Origin: Gammaproteobacteria bacterium
Lineage (GTDB): Bacteria > Pseudomonadota > Gammaproteobacteria > GCA-001735895
Direction of reading: 5' to 3'
Length of the DNA stretch: 47,390 bases
Assembly (NCBI GenBank): GCA_051277905.1
Contig: JBNMQI010000003.1
Span: 1-47,390 of the forward strand
The notes beneath the pieces are model-generated. The model was given only the letters and a program-made list of their open reading frames with translations. It was not told the origin of the DNA and did no database searches. Shown here one piece after another: positions 19,989 through 29,403 of the stretch (positions within the stretch are counted from its first letter, which is position 1; each line of letters opens with the position of its first letter). The position numbers and the translations under genes are program-made.

Positions 19989-21094
19989 TTTGCCCCCACT
20001 TTCTCAACAGAATTTTTCTTGTCTTCTTTTTGGAAAAAACCCAGTATCCCTTTCGGTGCAAATAGGGTGACCATAATAAACAGACCACCCAGAGCAAATA
20101 GCCATATTTCGGGAAAAGCACCTGTGAAATAGGTTTTTGCATAATTAACAATAAATGCCCCAAGTACCGCACCCAGTAATGTTGCTCTGCCACCGACTGC
20201 AACCCAGATGACAATTTCAATTGAATTAATAGGTGAAAATTCAGACGGGTTAATAATGCCAACCTGTGGCACATATAAAGCACCGGCGATTCCAGCCAAA
20301 ACGGCTGAAAAGGTAAAGACCCATAATTTAAAATGGCTTACTTTGTAGCCAAGAAAACGGACTCTGTCTTCGCTATCGCGAACTGCGACGCTCACTCTGC
20401 CAAGTTTGGATTTGACGATATAACGACAACTCAAATAACCCAGTGCCAGTGCCAATGATGAGCAGACGAAAAGCGCGACACGAACTAAATTAGACTGGAG
20501 TGAAAACCCGAGTATATCTTTGAAGTCGGTGAGTCCATTGTTACCACCAAAGCCCATTTCGTTACGAAAAAATGAAAGCATCAGAGCATAGGTCATTGCT
20601 TGAGTCATTATAGATAAATAGACCCCCGTTACTCGTGACCGGAATGCAAACCACCCAAAGACAAATGCCAGTGTTCCTGGCACCAGCATAATCATAACAA
20701 TGGCAAATCCGAAATTATCGAAACCAAGCCAGAACCATGGCAGGGAATCCCAGTTCAGGAATACCATGAAATCAGGTAGTAAAGGATTGCCATAAACACC
20801 ACGATCACCCACCTGACGCATCAGATACATACCCATTACGTACCCACCGAGTGCAAAGAAAGCCGCATGACCCAAACTGAGTATACCTAAATATCCCCAG
20901 ACTAGATCGACCCCTAACGCGAGTAGGGCATAGGTTAAATATTTACCTAAAAGTGTTACCGTAAACGTAGAGACATGAAGCAGGTTCTCAGGGGGTATGA
21001 GCAAATTAGCGACGGCGACATAGAGTGTAGATATCAACAGCAGGGCGATAAAAATTTTACCTTGGCGATCGTCCTGAAGTATCTTTCTGATCAT
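19985..21094 (-). CDS. urtC: Urea ABC transporter permease UrtC
   Basis: DLVWGYLGILSLGH, LPDFM, FGGNNGLTDF and WVAVGGR motifs. Confidence 0.95.
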   Translation of the reverse strand: MIRKILQDDRQGKIFIALLLISTLYVAVANLLIPPENLLHVSTFTVTLLGKYLTYALLALGVDLVWGYLGILSLGHAAFFALGGYVMGMYLMRQVGDRGVYGNPLLPDFMVFLNWDSLPWFWLGFDNFGFAIVMIMLVPGTLAFVFGWFAFRSRVTGVYLSIMTQAMTYALMLSFFRNEMGFGGNNGLTDFKDILGFSLQSNLVRVALFVCSSLALALGYLSCRYIVKSKLGRVSVAVRDSEDRVRFLGYKVSHFKLWVFTFSAVLAGIAGALYVPQVGIINPSEFSPINSIEIVIWVAVGGRATLLGAVLGAFIVNYAKTYFTGAFPEIWLFALGGLFIMVTLFAPKGILGFFQKEDKKNSVEKVGAN

Positions 21095-22683
21095 TGATCC
21101 GCCGCTCTACCTTTCTGTGGAAACATACCGCGTGGTCGTTTCTGAATATAGAGGATAATAAAAAGCAATACCAATACCTTGGAGAGTACTGCCCCCGTTG
21201 CTGGTTCTAGAAATTTTCCAACAACACCCAATGTCAAGCCACTGACTAGAGTTCCCCAGAGGTTACCGACTCCGCCAAATACAACTACCATAAAAGAGTC
21301 GACAATATAAGCTTGACCTAGGTTAGGGCCCACATTAGTAATCTGGCTGAGTGCGACGCCAGCTACACCAGCAATGCCAGAACCCAAACCAAAAGTCATC
21401 ACATCGATCCACTGAGACCGAACACCCATGGCTCGTGCCATGGGTCGATTTTGTGAAATTGCACGCACATGTAAACCTAAAGAGGTCTTGGTCATAACTA
21501 GGTAGAGCAGTGCAAAAACAGCGAGGCAAAAGAAAAATATATACAGTCGATTGTAAGTGATCGATAACAGAGAGTTAATTTGTAACGAACCACTCATCCA
21601 CTCAGGCGATATCACCGTACGATTAAGTGGTGAGAAGATACTCCTAACGGTCTGTTGTAAGACTAGGCTAATGCCAAAGGTAGCTAGTAAGGTTTCCAGT
21701 GGCCTTCCATAAAGGAAACGAATGACGGAACGTTCTATCAAAATTCCCACAAGCGCCGATGCTAGAAAAGCCACCGGAATAGCGACCAATAATGAAGCGC
21801 CGATTTGATTTGGCATTAGTAACTGGATCACATAAGTGGTGTAGGCACCAATCATAATCAGTTCACCATGGGCCATATTAATAACGCCCATTACTCCGAA
21901 GGTAATCGCTAGTCCAATAGCTGAGAGAGCCAAAATAGAACCAAGGCTAAGGCCAAAGAACAGAGTTTCCACATGAGCAAAGATAGACGCCTTGCTTTCA
22001 ATTTTACGGACTGATTTTTGGGCAGCAAGACGAACTGACGTATGATTAGTGGATGAATTCAGTTTATTTAACTGAACTAATATGGCTGGATTAAGATTTC
22101 CATCGATTGTTTCAATTGCCGACAGTTGGTCTTCAGGATTAGTTGATTTAAGCTGACTAAATGCAAGTACGACGTTGATCGCTTCAATAACATAAGGGTC
22201 AGTTTCATTTTTTTTAATTGACCTAAGTTTTTCTAGCATCTCGGGTGAAGCACTTGTCATTAAATTGTCAACAGCTTCGAGCCGCATTGATGCATCAACA
22301 TGGGATAAATTCAAATTTGATATTACATTTGAGATCTGTCTACGCAGCTTGTTATTGATGGTAACCTTTTTAACTTTACGTTGACTCGTAAGACCTAAAT
22401 CTTCACCGGACAAAGCATCAGTAATTTGCATTTCATTGTCTTGCTTTTTCGCAATCACCATACGTTTGTTATTTTTGACAAAGTAGAGATGGCCATTAGC
22501 CATTGCATCTAACAAAATTTTCGAAGTTGCATTTTCTGTTTGTGCCAATAGTTCTATGGCAACTGATTTATCGTCAAAGCTGCTAGAAGATAAGAGTTTT
22601 AAAGCCCGTTCAGAATCGATCGCACTTGACTGGCCTAGGTTAAGCAATAGTAGTAAGAAGACAAAAGTGCGTAAAATAATCAA
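21091..22683 (-). CDS. urtB: Urea ABC transporter permease UrtB with N-terminal periplasmic helical extension
   Basis: GLAITFGVMGVINMAHGE, LYGRPLETLLATFG, DSFMVVVFGGVG and RPRGMFPQKGR motifs. Confidence 0.95.
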   Translation of the reverse strand: MIILRTFVFLLLLLNLGQSSAIDSERALKLLSSSSFDDKSVAIELLAQTENATSKILLDAMANGHLYFVKNNKRMVIAKKQDNEMQITDALSGEDLGLTSQRKVKKVTINNKLRRQISNVISNLNLSHVDASMRLEAVDNLMTSASPEMLEKLRSIKKNETDPYVIEAINVVLAFSQLKSTNPEDQLSAIETIDGNLNPAILVQLNKLNSSTNHTSVRLAAQKSVRKIESKASIFAHVETLFFGLSLGSILALSAIGLAITFGVMGVINMAHGELIMIGAYTTYVIQLLMPNQIGASLLVAIPVAFLASALVGILIERSVIRFLYGRPLETLLATFGISLVLQQTVRSIFSPLNRTVISPEWMSGSLQINSLLSITYNRLYIFFFCLAVFALLYLVMTKTSLGLHVRAISQNRPMARAMGVRSQWIDVMTFGLGSGIAGVAGVALSQITNVGPNLGQAYIVDSFMVVVFGGVGNLWGTLVSGLTLGVVGKFLEPATGAVLSKVLVLLFIILYIQKRPRGMFPQKGRAADQ

Positions 22684-22729
22684 GAGTATAAAGGCTCAAT
22701 AAATTGCAGAGTTGTTAATGATTCAGACT

Positions 22730-22763
22730 AAATAAAAAATGGGCCGATTTTTACATCGGCCCA
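22730..22763 (-). terminator. Intrinsic terminator or stabilising hairpin between urtA and urtB
   Basis: Perfect 9-bp stem TGGGCCGAT/ATCGGCCCA (22740-22763) with a 6-nt loop, followed by a T-run on the minus strand. Confidence 0.75.
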
Positions 22764-22817
22764 AAAGCACCCTGCAGAAAGAGGATTATCTACGTTTGGG
22801 GCTGAGGTTAAAAGGGA

Positions 22818-24104
22818 CTATAGATTTTGCCCAGAACAGGTGGCTAGCACTACATTGTAATTTCCACAACTGAGGGGTGAGCGCCAGTCGGAGATTAGAT
22901 TTTTAGAGTCAGGTAGGAAATCTGACCAAGCGTCTCCAGGTACTAGGCCTTCGGTTTGCCATACTGTTTCGAATTGACCATCGTCCTGAATTTCACCAAT
23001 TAAAACGGGTTTAGTAATATGATGATTAGGCATCATGGCTGATAGTCCACCGGTCAGGTTTGGAACTGCAACACCAATGATAGATTCTTGAACTGCAGAA
23101 GCATCTGTAGTACCGGCTTTCTTAACCGCTTCGATCCACATTTTAAAACCTATGTAATGAGCTTCCATAGGATCATTTGTGACGCGACTTTCGTCCTTGG
23201 TAAAGGCATGCCATTTGCTAATGAACGCATCATTTTCTGGTGCATCGACACTCATAAAGTAATTCCAAGCAGCCAGATGACCAACCAACGGTTTTGTATC
23301 AATGCCTGATAATTCTTCTTCACCGACTGAAAATGCAATGACTGGGATATCTTCAGCCGATACGCTCTGGTTTCCTAATTCTTTATAAAAAGGGACATTG
23401 GCATCACCATTGATAGTTGAAACAACGGCGGTTTTCATACCGACAGAACCAAATTTTTTGATATCAGAAACAATGCTCTGCCAGTCGGCGTGACCAAACG
23501 GGGTGTAATTGATCATGATGTCAGAATCCTTCACCCCCTTTGCTTTAAGATAAGCTTCGAGAATTTTATTCGTGGTGCGTGGATAGACATAGTCAGTGCC
23601 TGCTAGCACCCAACGTTTTACATTAACCTCATTCATCAGGTAGTCAACAGCTGGAATAGCCTGCTGATTGGGAGCAGCTCCAGTGTAAAAAACATTTTTA
23701 GATGATTCTTCACCTTCATATTGAACCGGATAAAAAAGGATACTGTTCAGTTCTTCTATTACTGGCAATACAGATTTACGAGAAACAGAGGTCCAAGCTC
23801 CAAAAATAGCCACAACTTTTTCTTTGCTAATTAATTCGCGTGCTTTTTCTGCAAACAGTGGCCAGTTGGAGGCGGGGTCAACTACGACGCCTTCAAGTTG
23901 CTTCCCGAGCAGACCACCATTTTTGTTTTGATCTTCGATAAGCATCAACATGGTGTCCTTCAAAGTGGTCTCGCTGATGGCCATAGTTCCAGATAAAGAA
24001 TGTAATACTCCAACCTTGATTGTATCTGCAGCGGTAGCTGAGTTTAGAATTATTCCGCTTAATAGAGACAGAGACAAAAGAGTCTTGGATTTGGTAAAGG
24101 ACAT
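22818..24104 (-). CDS. urtA: Urea ABC transporter substrate-binding protein UrtA
   Basis: Signal peptide, then IKVGVLHSLSGTMAISE, WTSVSRK, FYPVQYEG, GAAPNQQ and DYVYPRT. The ATG at 24104 has an AGGA ribosome site. Confidence 0.96.
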   Translation of the reverse strand: MSFTKSKTLLSLSLLSGIILNSATAADTIKVGVLHSLSGTMAISETTLKDTMLMLIEDQNKNGGLLGKQLEGVVVDPASNWPLFAEKARELISKEKVVAIFGAWTSVSRKSVLPVIEELNSILFYPVQYEGEESSKNVFYTGAAPNQQAIPAVDYLMNEVNVKRWVLAGTDYVYPRTTNKILEAYLKAKGVKDSDIMINYTPFGHADWQSIVSDIKKFGSVGMKTAVVSTINGDANVPFYKELGNQSVSAEDIPVIAFSVGEEELSGIDTKPLVGHLAAWNYFMSVDAPENDAFISKWHAFTKDESRVTNDPMEAHYIGFKMWIEAVKKAGTTDASAVQESIIGVAVPNLTGGLSAMMPNHHITKPVLIGEIQDDGQFETVWQTEGLVPGDAWSDFLPDSKNLISDWRSPLSCGNYNVVLATCSGQNL

Positions 24105-24290
24105 TTTTCTTCCTAAGTTGTTTTGATGTTTCAAAGATTACCATAGCTATTTTTCTTTAAAACTTAGTTGCTACGCTAGGATTTTATGGGGATAGTTAAT
24201 TAACTGTTATATTTCAGCAGTATAGAACTGAAAATAACTATAAATTTAGGTTTCAATATAATTCTATTCCGCTAATGTAAGCGACTTCTA

Positions 24291-24307
24291 TGCACTAATT
24301 TAGTGCT
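24291..24307. promoter_or_regulatory. NtrC-type binding site upstream of the urt/ure cluster
   Basis: TGCACT-AATTT-AGTGCT matches the TGCACY-N5-RGTGCA pattern, about 190 bp upstream of urtA. A near-identical site lies upstream of glnK-amt. Confidence 0.65.
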
Positions 24308-24805
24308 TTTTTGAAGATTTATAATGAGATTTCGTATTAAAAAATCAACCAATCTTAAAGCTCAGTATTGAATTAAATCTTATTCTTAACCGCAATAATA
24401 TAAAGAAAATAGTGCAATATTTTTTATCTAAAATTTAGATTATCTAGGTAAAAGGTCCAGCTTTCCTATTGTAATTTTTAAACAATTGAAGTATCAAGCT
24501 ACCCTCTTCAAAATAACAAGAGAGTCTGATCTCCGGTTAGTCACTGACGTATATTGGTCTGAACAAGTCCTTTGTTATTTCATAAGGTTATTGGATATTG
24601 ACGGTTAGAAGGGATCGGTTTCGACAGTGGGGTGATACTGTAAATTACTTTTTTATGTACATTTTTGTAACCACCGAGCGTTACATTCCATATCATTAAC
24701 GTATCTGCCTATTATCTGGCATGATATTGCATAAAAATATGACTATTAACCACTTCCGAACAGGACATCGCAACTAGTGAACCCATTCCTACGGACCGAG
24801 ATTGA

Positions 24806-25576
24806 ATGTTGATCGAATTACTTGATTTAATGGATCTATCGGTACCAGAGCTTGGTTACATAGCCTTATGTGTGCTGGTCGGTGCGATTATCAAAGGCTA
24901 TTCGGGATTTGGTGCTTCTATATTTTGGGTGGTGAGTATTTCACTAGTGTTGCCACCGATTCAAGTTGTACCGATGATCTTAATGTTTGAAGTTATTTCA
25001 AGCTTTTATTTGTTGCCAGGCATATGGCGAAAAGTTCAGTGGAAGTCCATTAGCCATTTGATGATCGGTACCTTTATCGGCACACCCTTGGGTATTTATG
25101 CGCTGGCCTCACTATCTGCTTTGAGCATACGCATAGCGCTTGCTGTGACAGTATTAACGACAGCGATATTATTGCTGCGAGGCTTTACCCTAGAAAAAAT
25201 GCCCGGCAAACGAGCAACCGTTGGTGTGGGGGTGTTGGCTGGCGTTTTAAATGGCAGCATGAGTGTTGGTGGCCCACCGGTCGTTTTGTTTTACTTTTCA
25301 ACACCGATAGGCATAGCGGTTAGTCGTGCCTCTATGATAGCTTATTTCTTTGGTCTGGATGCCGTTGGGACAGCGATGCTGTCATCTCAGGGATTAATTG
25401 ATGCGGTTGTACTTTGGCGGACAGTATTGTTAATTCCTTTGCTGCTTTTGGGTACATTAATTGGTAATTGGGGCTATAAAAAAACCAATCCAGATTGGTT
25501 CAAAAAAACCGCCTTATATATCTGGGTCGTCCTATCATTCTTGTTATTGATTCGGGTTGCGTGGGAGTTTAGTTAG
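24806..25576 (+). CDS. TSUP (TauE/SafE) family membrane transporter
   Basis: KGYSGFG in the first half and NGSMSVGGPP in the second; about 8 TM helices. Confidence 0.85.
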   Translation: MLIELLDLMDLSVPELGYIALCVLVGAIIKGYSGFGASIFWVVSISLVLPPIQVVPMILMFEVISSFYLLPGIWRKVQWKSISHLMIGTFIGTPLGIYALASLSALSIRIALAVTVLTTAILLLRGFTLEKMPGKRATVGVGVLAGVLNGSMSVGGPPVVLFYFSTPIGIAVSRASMIAYFFGLDAVGTAMLSSQGLIDAVVLWRTVLLIPLLLLGTLIGNWGYKKTNPDWFKKTALYIWVVLSFLLLIRVAWEFS

Positions 25577-25672
25577 AAATTAATAGAACCATTATTGTTA
25601 ATTAGAAAATAACTTTTCGGCCTAGCCATTCAACAGATAGAATACATCCGCAATAGCAACAATGGAACGATA

Positions 25673-26293
25673 ATGGACCTATCCATTCTACTTATATTTA
25701 TTCCGACCTTCTTCCTCGTATCCATAACTCCGGGTATGTGTATGACTTTAGCCATGACTTTGGGTATGACCATTGGACCAAGACGTACATTCTGGATGAT
25801 GTTAGGTGAAGTGGTTGGGGTAGGGATTGTTGCCATATTGGCTGTACTGGGTGTCGCTGCGATTATGCTGCGATCACCCGATATTTTTGTAATGCTTAAA
25901 TGGGGCGGCGGTATTTATCTGGCCTATCTAGGCGTTCAAATGTGGGGCTCTAAAGGCAAAATGGCAATCCCCGATAGCAATACTGCGCCTGCGCAGGTCA
26001 GTTGTTCGCAATTAGTAATACAGGGTTTTGTGACAGCCATTGCGAACCCGAAAGGTTGGGCCTTTATGATTTCACTATTACCGCCTTTTATTCAACCGAA
26101 TCATTCTATTATCTTGCAGTTGAGCTTGTTGGTTGGAATCATTGTTATCTCTGAATTCGTGTGTATGACAATTTATGCTACAGGTGGTAAAACGTTACGC
26201 GTTTTCCTCAAAAAAAGTGGCAATGTCAGGCTATTAAATAAGATATCGGGCACACTAATGATAGGCGTTGGTATTTGGCTTATCCTTAGCTAA
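25673..26293 (+). CDS. LysE/RhtB family exporter
   Basis: SITPG, LKWGGGIYLAYLG and GFVTAIANPK motifs. Confidence 0.9.
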   Translation: MDLSILLIFIPTFFLVSITPGMCMTLAMTLGMTIGPRRTFWMMLGEVVGVGIVAILAVLGVAAIMLRSPDIFVMLKWGGGIYLAYLGVQMWGSKGKMAIPDSNTAPAQVSCSQLVIQGFVTAIANPKGWAFMISLLPPFIQPNHSIILQLSLLVGIIVISEFVCMTIYATGGKTLRVFLKKSGNVRLLNKISGTLMIGVGIWLILS

Positions 26294-26330
26294 TGACCCA
26301 CCAATGAAATAACTCATCTGAGCTGATTGT

Positions 26331-26933
26331 ATGACTGTTAAAGCGTTAATTTTTGATTTAGGTAATGTCGTTATTGACATTGACTTTAAGCGTATCTTCC
26401 AAAAGTGGAGCTATTATTCTGGTGTACCTGTCGAGCAAATGCAGGTCGCCTTTCAGGTTGACGCTACGTATGAACAACACGAAAGGGGTGAAATTGAAGG
26501 CATTGAATATCATCAATATCTAGAGCAGGCACTTGAAATGAAACTGTCCTATGAGCAATTTTGTGAAGGCTGGAATGACATTATGGTGGCACCAATATTT
26601 GAGACGGTTCTCCTGCTAGAATCGTTGCGTGGTCGAGTCCCTTTATATGCGTTAAGTAACGCTAATACGTTGCACAAAAATTTTTGGGAGAAAACCTACC
26701 ACAAGGAACTGAGTCACTTTGAACAGGTTTTTGTATCCTCAGATATGGGTAGTCGAAAACCAGAACCAGCAATCTACCTTCGGGCGCTAGAGCATATTGA
26801 CGTCGAACCGGAAAATGTTATTTTCTTTGATGACCTGGCAATCAATGTGGAAGCGGCAAGGGCATTAGGCATGACTGCGGTGCAGGTGCATTCGCCGCTG
26901 GATGTTGAAAACTGTATTGCCGCACATTTTTAA
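26331..26933 (+). CDS. HAD-superfamily phosphatase (YihX-like)
   Basis: FDLGNV, LSN, RKPEP and FFDD...NV..A...GM motifs. Confidence 0.88.
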   Translation: MTVKALIFDLGNVVIDIDFKRIFQKWSYYSGVPVEQMQVAFQVDATYEQHERGEIEGIEYHQYLEQALEMKLSYEQFCEGWNDIMVAPIFETVLLLESLRGRVPLYALSNANTLHKNFWEKTYHKELSHFEQVFVSSDMGSRKPEPAIYLRALEHIDVEPENVIFFDDLAINVEAARALGMTAVQVHSPLDVENCIAAHF

Positions 26934-26993
26934 AACAAGTTCACCCTAAGCCCGCCAGTTGCCTGGTGAGTGAGTTTTATGGGGATCCGAACG

Positions 26994-27869
26994 TTAACAG
27001 ATTTCCGTCAGTATCCACTGCTTAAACACCTCTGCCGCTTTGCTTAACGGTCTATCCTTACGGTGAACGAGAAAGTAACTTTCCGTGGTGACTAGATAGT
27101 CATCCAGCGGTGCCGCTAGCTGTCCGGCGGCAACCTGCGGTGCCAGCATCTCATCGTAACCTAGGCATAAACCACAATGGCCTATCGCCATTGGGACAGT
27201 TGTCACGGCGCTATCTGTTTTATGTATCAGTTGGGTGCTGGATGGTTGCAAATGATACTGAGCCAGCCAGCTACGCCAGTCAGGTAGATTGCCAATCAAG
27301 TCCAATAACGGCCATTGCAGTAGGTCACTGGGTTGGTGTATTTGGGCGGCGATTTGCGGGCTACAATAAGGACGGAGCTTGGGTGTGATCAAGCGAGTAA
27401 AATCGAGTTCTGGCCAGTCGCCCGTGCCATGACGCAGAGACAATTCGGCCGAACCGGCTGAAAATTCACTGTCCCAATTGGCGTTAATCACCCGAAGCGC
27501 CAGGTTTGGGTATTGAACCGTGAAAAACTGTAGCCTAGGTGCGAGCCAAAAAATACTAAAGGCGGTGTTCACTTCAATCGTCACGCCACCCCCCTTCAGT
27601 GGTGAAAATATGTCAGAGGTGCCACGCTGCAATTCTCGCAACGCCGATTGCACGACAGGAAGGTAAGCTCGACCCCGTTTGGTCAAGTTAATCTGTCTAG
27701 CCGTTCGATTGAAAAGCGGTTCATTCAGATAGTCCTCGAGCAGACGCACTTGTTGGCTGACTGCTGACTGGGACATATTGAGCTCTCTCGCCGCCACGGT
27801 GAAGTTCAGCTCACGGGCAGCAACTTCGAAGGTTCGAAGCCAGTTCAGCGGAGGTAAGTTATTCGGCAT
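26994..27869 (-). CDS. LysR family regulator (GcvA-like)
   Basis: LPPLNWLRTFEVAAR..NFT.AA.EL..SQSAVSQQV..LE HTH and WLAPRL..F. Start at 27869 preferred. Confidence 0.92.
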   Translation of the reverse strand: MPNNLPPLNWLRTFEVAARELNFTVAARELNMSQSAVSQQVRLLEDYLNEPLFNRTARQINLTKRGRAYLPVVQSALRELQRGTSDIFSPLKGGGVTIEVNTAFSIFWLAPRLQFFTVQYPNLALRVINANWDSEFSAGSAELSLRHGTGDWPELDFTRLITPKLRPYCSPQIAAQIHQPSDLLQWPLLDLIGNLPDWRSWLAQYHLQPSSTQLIHKTDSAVTTVPMAIGHCGLCLGYDEMLAPQVAAGQLAAPLDDYLVTTESYFLVHRKDRPLSKAAEVFKQWILTEIC

Positions 27870-27959
27870 ATCATTCCCAGCATGCAAGTTTCAAAATATA
27901 ATGTTCAAGTAGTATTTTTGCAGTAGATTAATTTTAAGCCAGACAGGCCTCATGGTTAG

Positions 27960-27978
27960 CCATTAGCTGAACTTATGG
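27960..27978. promoter_or_regulatory. Putative LysR recognition box (T-N11-A)
   Basis: CCATTAG-CTGAA-CTTATGG is an imperfect dyad (6/7) containing T27963-N11-A27975, between the divergent LysR and dioxygenase genes. Confidence 0.5.
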
Positions 27979-28101
27979 TGACTTGCATTAATTATCATTT
28001 GCCGTTTTAACATGGCTTACTACCATGTACTTAAGAGACGGCCTTACTTACTAGTTCAAGCTAAGTCACGTTTTTTTAGCCTTTTCAGAGTCAATAATGT
28101 C

Positions 28102-29274
28102 ATGTTAAACGGAATCAAGGCCCACGATTTAAGTGAGCAAATCAGCATAACCAATATCACCCAAAAATCCAACAGCTTGCAGATAGAATGGGATGATGGC
28201 CACCACGCTAGTTTTAATTTTCTGTGGTTACGGGACAATTGTTCCAGTGGTTTTCATGGCGATACGCAAGAGCGAACCTTTGACCAGCTTTCTGTTGGCG
28301 CTGATATCCACCCGCTGAGCTTTGACTTTACAGATAGTCAATTACACATAATCTGGTCTGAAAATAACCACGACAGTCAATTTAGTCAGCAGTGGTTACG
28401 TCTGCACGCCTATTCTGGCAGCTTAAGTCAACGACCGAAATCGACGTATCGAAGTTGGGATAACTGTTTTCTCGACAGTATTCCAGAAGTCGACAACCAG
28501 GCGCTACTGAATGATGATCGAGTGCTGTTTGAATGGATGACGGAACTGGATCGTGATGGCCTGACTATTGTGCGTAATATGCCGAAAACTGACGAAGCAG
28601 TTGCCGACGTAGCAGAGCGCATCGATTATCTGCGCCGAACTAATTTTGGTGTTACCTTTAATGTGGTCTCGGTACCTAATCCAATCAACTTGGCCTATAC
28701 CTCAATTGCTTTACCCCTACATACTGACTTGCCAAATCAGGAATTACCGCCGGGTTATCAGTTCTTACATTGTCTCGTCAACGCGAGTGAAGGCGGAGCC
28801 TCCATATTTGTTGATAGTTTAAAAATTCTCGAAGATTTGCGTAGCGAAAACCTCGAGCACTTTCGATTGCTCAGTGAATATACCATCCCATTTCGTTTTC
28901 ATGATGACGAACATGATATCTGCCAATATCATCCGATAATCAACCTAAATACCTTCGGCGAAATTGTAGAGATTAAATACAATGCGCATCTGGCAGATAC
29001 CTTCGATCTTCCCGAAGAAATCATGCATGACTACTACTTGGCCTACCGCAACCTAATGAGCCGACTGCGAGAGCCCCGTTATACGATTAAACTGAAACTG
29101 CAAGGTGGCGACATGGTAGTGTTTGACAACCGCCGTATTATGCATGGCCGTGAAGCCTTCGACGCCAGTACCGGCATGCGTCAGCTGCGAGGCTGCTACG
29201 TTGATCGTACTGAATTTCAGAGCCGGTTAAGGGTGCTTGGTAAACGGTTCAAGTCGGATTTAAAAGGCTTCTAG
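28102..29274 (+). CDS. Gamma-butyrobetaine dioxygenase-like Fe(II)/2-oxoglutarate oxygenase (TauD/TfdA family)
   Basis: N-terminal WLRDNC domain, NLAYT..ALPLHTDLP (HxD), YQFLHCL, FDNRRIMHGR and LRGCY. Start uncertain (28012 or 28102). Confidence 0.85.
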   Translation: MLNGIKAHDLSEQISITNITQKSNSLQIEWDDGHHASFNFLWLRDNCSSGFHGDTQERTFDQLSVGADIHPLSFDFTDSQLHIIWSENNHDSQFSQQWLRLHAYSGSLSQRPKSTYRSWDNCFLDSIPEVDNQALLNDDRVLFEWMTELDRDGLTIVRNMPKTDEAVADVAERIDYLRRTNFGVTFNVVSVPNPINLAYTSIALPLHTDLPNQELPPGYQFLHCLVNASEGGASIFVDSLKILEDLRSENLEHFRLLSEYTIPFRFHDDEHDICQYHPIINLNTFGEIVEIKYNAHLADTFDLPEEIMHDYYLAYRNLMSRLREPRYTIKLKLQGGDMVVFDNRRIMHGREAFDASTGMRQLRGCYVDRTEFQSRLRVLGKRFKSDLKGF

Positions 29275-29297
29275 TAGTCTATTTGACTTAGGTTTGC

Positions 29298-29328
29298 GTA
29301 GGCTGGAAAAGCAAAGCGTCTTCCGACA
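29298..29328 (+). repeat. Degenerate GTAG-type REP-like palindrome
   Basis: GTAG tetranucleotide followed by the imperfect hairpin GCTGGAA..GCAAAGC..TTCCGAC, just after a stop codon. Only one copy in the window. Confidence 0.5.
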
Positions 29329-29403
29329 AAACCTCCGATCATTAATGTTGAGCACGCCAAACTCGGTTAGAATCACCTACCTTTTCCCAATTGAGTCTTC
29401 ACA

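Noticed and set aside
24611-24632. GATCGGTTTCGACAG resembling a tmRNA 5' end
   Set aside because: No GGGG acceptor start, no matching T-arm/CCA 3' end and no tag frame were seen.
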